Source: Octopus vulgaris (taxonomy: Eukaryota). Taken from it: a stretch of 64,000 nt of DNA. This document shows, piece by piece, positions 56,365-64,000 of the stretch. Position numbers and translations under genes: made by a program. Positions within the stretch are counted from its first letter, which is position 1; every line of letters begins with the position of its first letter. The stretch covers positions 19,096,001 through 19,160,000 of the forward strand of contig OX597840.1 in the NCBI GenBank assembly GCA_951406725.2, given 5' to 3'. The notes under the pieces are model-generated. The model made no database searches. It was given only the letters and a program-made list of their open reading frames with translations, and had not been told where the DNA came from.

Positions 56365-56800
56365 TTACTTACTCTTTACTCTTTTTACTCATTTATTTCT
56401 TTCAGTCCATTTGACAGCGGCCATGCTGGAGCACCGCCTTTAGTCGAGCAAATCGACCCCGGGTCTTATTCTTTGTAAGCCCAGTACTTATTCTATCGGT
56501 TTCTTTTGCAGAACCGCTAAGTGACGGGGACGTAAACACACCAGCATCGGTTGTCAAGCAATGCTAGAGGGACAAACACAGACACACAAACATATAGACA
56601 CACATACATATAAATATATATATACACACATATATAAAACAGGCTTCTTTCAGTTTCCGTCTACCAAATCCACTCACAAGGCTTTGGTCGGCCCGAGGCT
56701 ACAGCAGAAGACACTGCCCAAGATGCCACGAAGTGGGACTGAACCCGGAACCATGTGGTTGGTTAGCAAGCTACATACCACACAGCCACTCCTGCGCCTA
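56365..56800 (-). mobile_element. SINE family A, full length
   Basis: Matches 54-480. Confidence 0.87.
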
Positions 56801-57684
56801 AGATTTTTTTCTTTCCAAGCTAGGAAAAAAACCAAGAAAAAATATAAGAAAGAAACCGAAAAATCAACCGTACTAATTTCAAGTGTGTCTATTGAAAACC
56901 AAGGAAGGGGTCTTTTATTTCTGCTGATTATATTTTACATTCTGTGATACTCTGCATCATGCACATCGATTCAAATATCATATCAGATTATTCTATATTC
57001 TTCTGTCTGTGAAGATTAAGTATTTTAAACCTTTGATTAATATTTTGGCACTGAATTGGCAAATTCAATAAAGCGCCAGACGACGTAATACCAAATTATT
57101 TTAATGTTTTTATCTGTGAAGAGAAATTTAAGCCTTTGAGTAACGCTTCGGCATCCAATCGGTAAAGTCATTAGAGGGCCAGACGGTGATTTCAAATCTC
57201 AACGAAGCCAACTTTCTTCTCCATTTCTCTGGTGGAGTCAATAAAATAATTGTCCCAGTGTAGGATACTGGTATGGCCATCGGGAAGAATGTCTTATGTC
57301 ATATGTTCCGGTATTTTTGGCGTCCCAAGTTCAAATCCTGCCGACGCCCCAAAGGGTAGCAGATTTAATTCGCCATTCTGATGAACACCAGTGCCTGTAA
57401 CTTGGGTGTTCTGCGATGAAAGATAAATTTGGTCTGGGAAGGGTTTAACAAATCGACCCCGGAGGGATGAAAAGCAAATCTAAAGCTGGTAGGATTTGAA
57501 TTGGTCGACCCAGGAGGGATGAAAGACAAATTCAATTTCGGCGGGATTTGAACAAATCGATCTAGGATGGATGGCGGGCAACTCTAATCTCGTGGGATTT
57601 GAACTCAGAAATGTAAAGAGACGGAATAAGTGCTAGCTTGTTTGCGTCATGCTCTTGCTTGTTGGGGCTGAAGTCATCGCAGGT

Positions 57685-58020
57685 TAGTAGTCCCAGAGGC
57701 GTCACCGTAGGTAGTTCCGCAGACCACGTCCACCAGTGCTCTCCATCGCTGGTAAACCTGTGATAGCTCCTCTGCATCCTCCAAGATGAAGTCAAGCCTC
57801 TAGAGACCTTCCTTTAATCACATTTAGCCATCAGGTGCGGTGCCTGCCACGGGGCGTCTCCCAGCCCGCAGCTACTGCGAGTAAGGCCCTGGTAAAATGA
57901 TGTGGCGTGAGGTAGAGGATATGTCCGTACCAGTGCCTGCGACAGATAGCTATGAGGTGGGAGGCTGCGGGCTGATACGTGCACAAAAAGTAATTTTTTA
58001 ACACTGCCATTATGTCAAGA
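57685..58020 (-). mobile_element. RTE-type LINE 3' coding remnant
   Basis: RRHWYGHIL...AGWETPRGRHRT*WLNVIK resembles the WFGHV...RPRGRP..RW.D C-terminal motif. Confidence 0.7.
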
Positions 58021-58089
58021 TTTGGGTACAGCAAAGCGTCGGGATGGCGAACTCAAGAATATGTCCTATTCTAAAAGTCAGTCTAGGAA

Positions 58090-58841
58090 CGTGATTTCCA
58101 ACGTGGGGCGCGTGTCCCACCAATGGGGCATGGTGATATTTTGGTGGGGCATGCGTAGAGATATGCAGAATTTTAATAACTTTTGTACACAATGTACAGG
58201 GGACAATTTGAGAATGAGTTCTTAAATTAACAAAAAATCTTTAAATCCCTTCTGTGGACAATTTTATCAAATTTTGGACACTTCAGAGACAACTGGTCGT
58301 TTTCATTTTATTCGTAAGATCTGATGTCACTAAAGAGGAAATAGATTAGTTCCTTCGATTCAGTAGTGTGTGAAAGCATGTAAGGTAATTACAAATGCGT
58401 ATGTGTGTGTGGTGTTTGTGTGTGTGTGTGTATGTATGCGTGTGTGAGCGTGTGTGAGCGTGTGTGAGCGTGTGTGAGCGTGCGTGTGTGTTGTATTTTC
58501 CTACAAATTTCTTTATAATCACAATCTATGCCGGTTGAAAGGTATTTATATAAAATTTCATTTAAAAAAAGACATTTTCTTAAAAGTTATGAGGGAAAAA
58601 ATCGGATCTTGTGAATTTTCCAAAGTCCTCACCAACCCCATTGCTTTCCCCTTTTCGTTTTCATACTCGTTTCCTACATATTTTTTCACATCCGTTACAC
58701 TATATTTTTTATTTTGTTTCCGGGTAATATGGTAAGCATTAAGCAAATTTTGAATAACAAAAAATTAAATATTACAAGGGGGCATCAGGATTTTAGAAGT
58801 GATTCGATGGGGCATGGCCGAAAATCGGTTGGGAACCACTG
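58090..58841 (+). mobile_element. Non-autonomous hAT/Charlie-type element
   Basis: 3' end GTTGGGAACCACTG, decayed 5' end C-GTGATTTCCAAC, subterminal GGGGCAT repeats, imperfect 8-bp TSD TCTAGGAA/TCTCGGAT. Confidence 0.65.
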
Positions 58842-59126
58842 TCTCGGATGATCAGAGCTGACCTAAACAACAGCAGCGACAACAATAACAAGACAGAAGG
58901 AAAATGATAAGTGAGAAAGAGAGAGAGATAGAGAGATAGAGAGAGAGAGAGAAGAATAGGAGAGACGGGAGCAGATCCAACTCTCAGTCGAGAATTCACC
59001 ATACTAAATCACTCACTTGAATCTCAAATATTACAAATAGCAACTTGAAAATCTAGAATTATTTTTGTTTGGATACTGTGTTGACATCCTCCTTCTATCC
59101 CAACTCTTTCCGGTTGCTCCTCCACC

Positions 59127-59377
59127 TCTTCTTCTTCTTCTTCTTCTTCTTCTTCTTCTTCTTCTTCTTCTTCTTCTTCTTCTTCTTCTTCTTCTTCTTC
59201 TTCTTCTTCTTCTTCTTTTTCTTCTTCTTCTTTTTCTTCTTCTTCTTCCTATTCTTCTTAATCTTCTTCTTCTTCCTATTCTTCTTCTTCTTCTTCTTCT
59301 TCTTCTTCTTCTTCTTCTTCTTTTCTTCATCTTCTTCTTCTTCCTCCTCTTTTTCTTCTTCTTCTTCCTCTTTTTCT

Positions 59378-59409
<32 letters not shown>

Positions 59410-59433
59410 TTCTTCTTCTTCTTCTTCTTCTTC
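59127..59433. repeat. (CTT)n tract
   Basis: Direct reading. Confidence 0.95.
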
Positions 59434-59604
59434 CGCTGTAATGTTGTTGTTGTTCTTTTTGTTGTAGCTGTTGGTCATGTCGACTTTGGCAGAATCGAAG
59501 CCATCTGTTGTATTTTCTATTGATTTTATTCTTTGGTGAGTGAGGTTTTGTACAAACTCACGATAGAATGATAACGAAACGTGCCTGTACCCCGTCTGGT
59601 GGTG

Positions 59605-59663
<59 letters not shown>

Positions 59664-59891
59664 GGGAAATAGAGAGTAAGAGAGAGAGAGAGAGAGAGAG
59701 GCTGAGAGACAGACAGACAAATAGTCAGACAGATAGTGAGTGAGTGAGAAAGAGAGACAGACAGAATATATGAATCTCTGGCATCAAATAGCCCACCTAT
59801 CTATATAACCATGTATGTATGTATGTATATATATATATAAGCAGGAATATATACACATATATTGTACATATAATTATATATGTTTACATAA

Positions 59892-59926
<35 letters not shown>

Positions 59927-60115
59927 CAAAATAAGCAACAAGGATATCCAAGGTAGTGTAGTACAATCGTTTCATGCTACTTCATTTTATTAAACACTGT
60001 AAGTTGCTTATTTTGATTATAATCACCCCCATTTGATTTATATGGATAATACCATACCAAATTCTGGTGCCTTTAACTTAAGTACCATATTCATCTGAAT
60101 CTAAATTTTGCTGAA

Positions 60116-60160
<45 letters not shown>

Positions 60161-60249
60161 TTACATATAAATATATATATACATACATACCTACATATAT
60201 ATATACATATATACATGCATATATACATGCATATATATACATATATACA

Positions 60250-60347
<98 letters not shown>

Positions 60348-60686
60348 TACATGCATATAAGTATAAATTTAAAATAATAAGGGTGAAAAATAGAATATTA
60401 ATTTGATTAATATCAATTTAAAACCAGTGGTCTAGCATACTTAAAAATCTGAAGAATCAGAAAAGATTATATTACATACATATAAGAGGGATGACCTGTA
60501 AGTGCACATCCATTATGCTAGAAGTAAATCTGCTATGGTCTTACCACTAAGAAAGGAATGTTCTCAAGAAAAATTTAGCAAACGCCAAAACATAAGCGAG
60601 CAAGACAAATGAAAGATACAAAATATAGATTAAGCACAACGAAACCTGGTTTGTGATTAATCAATTATTATTATTATTATTATTAC

Positions 60687-60754
<68 letters not shown>

Positions 60755-60940
60755 GGTGTATTATATTATTCTTATTAGATAAAGTATAATCAGAGGCAGG
60801 AGAAAGTTATTAAAAGAGAAATAACAGTGTGATTAAAAAAATCAATGTATCTTAAGATTATTGTAGTTATGTAGGAATGAAAATTTATATACATGAACAA
60901 TATATATATATATGTATATGCACATCTACATACACACACA

Positions 60941-61004
<64 letters not shown>

Positions 61005-61229
61005 TTGTTTGCATATACATATACATATGCATATACATACCCCAACTCTACCCTAAACTTCAGCCTAACCCACACCCCACCCGTACTTGCCTCAATCTCG
61101 CCTCCCCCACCTCCCAACAACATCACACTACACCATACCACACAACACATCACAACAAACCACCACCCACACACCAGCACTGACCAATTCCCATCCCCAC
61201 ATTTTCGCACCTACACATACACACACACG

Positions 61230-61546
61230 ATCACAAGCCCTGTTTCACACGCACATACATACTCTCATACACACACGCGCACCTTCGTTTTGGGATCACT
61301 ACTACTACTTTGTTATCTCCCCTACAACTGAGCTCTCCTGTGTGACCCTTCTGTCCGGCATTCGCCATGTTAGATCGGTAGCCACTACAAACATTTTCTC
61401 TCCTTGTTTCTTTTTGTGTTCCTTTCTGTAGAACAGCGTAGGCTCGAAACGTTACAGACATTTTCAATTCCCGAGCGTTATACTAATACATCTGTTTGTT
61501 TTCTATACCACCTGTCTTCGTCTTTTGTTTTTTTCGCGAATTATCT

Positions 61547-61550
<4 letters not shown>
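61230..61550 (+). mobile_element. Family HB copy 4 with 5' extension
   Basis: CTTT-CTGTAGA-A-CAGCGTAGGCTC-GAAA-CGT-T-ACAG at ~61422-61457. Confidence 0.75.
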
Positions 61551-61621
<71 letters not shown>

Positions 61622-62363
61622 TATTTTTACGTACAAACACACCCATAGGTACATACGCATTACGTGTGTTGAGAATGGAGGATTATTGCAGCAGTTCCTA
61701 TTATTCTTTTTATCTAATTATAATAATTATACACAAACATTTATATAGTCATAGAAATATGTTATATGTTTTTTATTGAGGGTTTTAGACAAAAGTCCAC
61801 ACTAAGTGGGTTAGAGTTTTTATTAATAAATGATATTAGTTGGTACTACAAGTTATAAATTTCCGGGTATTAATCAATACACTTTATTATTTTCCGTTAT
61901 TTTTTGTTTATCGAGTAGCTGAAATCCTGCGGGAAGTGGGGAGGGGTTTTTGGTCATTCCCGTAATCTAATTGGTCATCTATTGTTTTAAAAGACCATGA
62001 CTTTGTTATGGTTAGTTAATGGATAACCGACAACATAAATCAAATTAGGCAAAAAAAAATATATAAATATATATATAAGAATGTTTCCCGAACTTGTGAA
62101 ATAGAATTTTATGAATGTACAAACAACTTGTTTATTTATATAAAACATTGCTTTTGTTTTTTAGGTTGAGGCTCCATGACAATGGTGATAGATAGAAATA
62201 TAGGTAGGGAGATAGTCTGACAGATAGATAGATAGTCAGACAAATAGCTAAATAGATAGATAGGTAGATAGATAGGTAGGTAGACAGAAGGTAGATAGAT
62301 AGATAGACAGTCAGACAAATAGCTAAATAGATAGATAGGTAGATTGATAGTCATATAGATAGG

Positions 62364-62442
<79 letters not shown>

Positions 62443-62600
62443 GGAGAGAGAGGGAAAGAGAAAGAAGGAAGATCCCCCTTCCTATTAACCATTTATTTAT
62501 TTATTTAGTCATTTACCATTGTATTGGAATGGATTTAAGGATGGTGACCTTTTAAAAAAAGATTTCATCCAACAAATACCTCCCGCTGTCACAGGAGGTA

Positions 62601-64000
62601 CTATACTTATATAACCCATACTTTAGGCCTAGAAGCAATCATACACTGGGTAGAGAAACATAGAAGACGGATAAATGAACGCTTCAAGGCTGACTTCATC
62701 ACCAAGGCCACACTCCTAGCACTAGAAGAAAATAACTTTAGTTTCGACAATAAGACATATCGACAGATAAAAAGGCACGGCTACGGGGATGCGGTTTGCG
62801 CTCCCTCATACGCAAAGTTAGTTGTGGGATACTTGGAAGAAACACTTTATGAGGAAGTAGAAAAACTTTTGATCAGGAGCACAAAAAATACATCATTAGA
62901 AAATGGAAACACTTCCTTGATGATTGTCTCATGTTCTGGGACAGATCGCATGAAGATCTAACTATATTTAACAATATGCTGAACACATTTCACCCATCCA
63001 TCAAATTCACGACAGAATCCAGTTGCAATGAATTACCATTCCTGGAGATCCACTTAAAAATACAGAACTCCACAGTCACAACAGACATATTTTACAAAAC
63101 AACTGACACACACCGATATTTAAATTTCTATTCTTGCCTTCCATCATACATCAAAAGAAACACCCCATATAGCATGGTAAAACGCATCTGTGCTATAGCG
63201 ACTGACCTCAAAATACGTGAAATCCAACTCAACGAACTCAAAAGCTTCCTCACCATTCAGAAATACCCCTTAGGATTAATTAATGAGGGAATTAAAAAGA
63301 CGATGAAACTGACCATCACCCAACTACGGACACTTAAGGAAAAAGTTAATGAAAACACGATTCCGTTCGTTAACACACACAGTCCTGGAATAACCAACAT
63401 CTTTCACACCATAAAATCGAACCAGTCTATACCCCTACAAAGCCCCAAAATGAAAAATCTGATTGAAAAAATACCTTACGGAATAGTAGATACCAACCAA
63501 AAAAATCTTAAAATACACCTCACAAGGGCAGAATTCAAATCAGAGAACGAATCGGAATTCTTAGTAAAAGAATGAAGAAATAGGAGACTTGGAACATGCG
63601 ACAACAACATCTTTAAATACTTAGAAAGTGGTTCCCACATAAAATTCAAGAGCGGACCCCTTTTCAAAATAAATGCAGATATCAACTGCAAAAACGCAAA
63701 ACCTCATATACTGCATTAACTGCCTAAACTGCAAAGAAAATTACATTGGTGAAACAAATAATTTCCTCTGCCAACGTGCAAGAATCCACAGGCAACATAT
63801 CCGACAAGAGGAATTACGCAAGATTCCATTAAGTAAGCACCTGGAGATATTCAGCAATGGAAGATTCAAAAATTTTCCTTTTACAAGTGTGTTCGGGACT
63901 ATCCGCAAAACCGAAAAGCAATGGAACTACATTTCATCAAAAAATTCTCTCCAGAACTGAATGTTTGAAAGAAAAGGGAGGTGAAAAAAGGAAGAAAAGG
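62601..64000 (+). mobile_element. Second decayed Penelope-like element (RT C-terminal half + GIY-YIG), running off the window
   Basis: LGLEAI, NNFSFDNKTYRQ, APSYA, WKHFLDDC, HPSIKFT, LPFLEI, TDIFYKTTDTHRYL, NLIYCINCLNCKENYIGET. Confidence 0.93.

Overview
Eukaryotic, very AT-rich, microsatellite-saturated intergenic or intronic DNA. The tRNA-headed SINE repertoire and Penelope-like element (PLE) load point to a mollusc, most likely an octopus (inference). There is no intact protein-coding gene; nearly all ORFs in the track are translated microsatellites. Recognisable coding remnants: two decayed PLEs (RT + GIY-YIG, ~830-2900 and 62601-64000), a Neptune-type GIY-YIG remnant (~28000-28420), three mariner pieces and an RTE-type LINE 3' end. 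A hAT/Charlie-type MITE and a Helitron/HINE-like element are also present. The most notable signal is a dense set of hammerhead-ribozyme (HHR) motifs, about 14 intact, variant or decayed, in short non-coding elements mostly embedded in (TA)n tracts. They include: a ~200-nt family with a minimal CUGACGA/GAAA core; a sister family with an apparently fixed A6U core change; a 578-nt terminally redundant unit with a canonical type I HHR plus an inverted copy (retrozyme or mini-PLE-like); and a canonical HHR in the Neptune remnant. Two weak minus-strand host exon candidates and a tandem CRE/octamer cluster are noted. Coordinates were read by eye and element boundaries are approximate.
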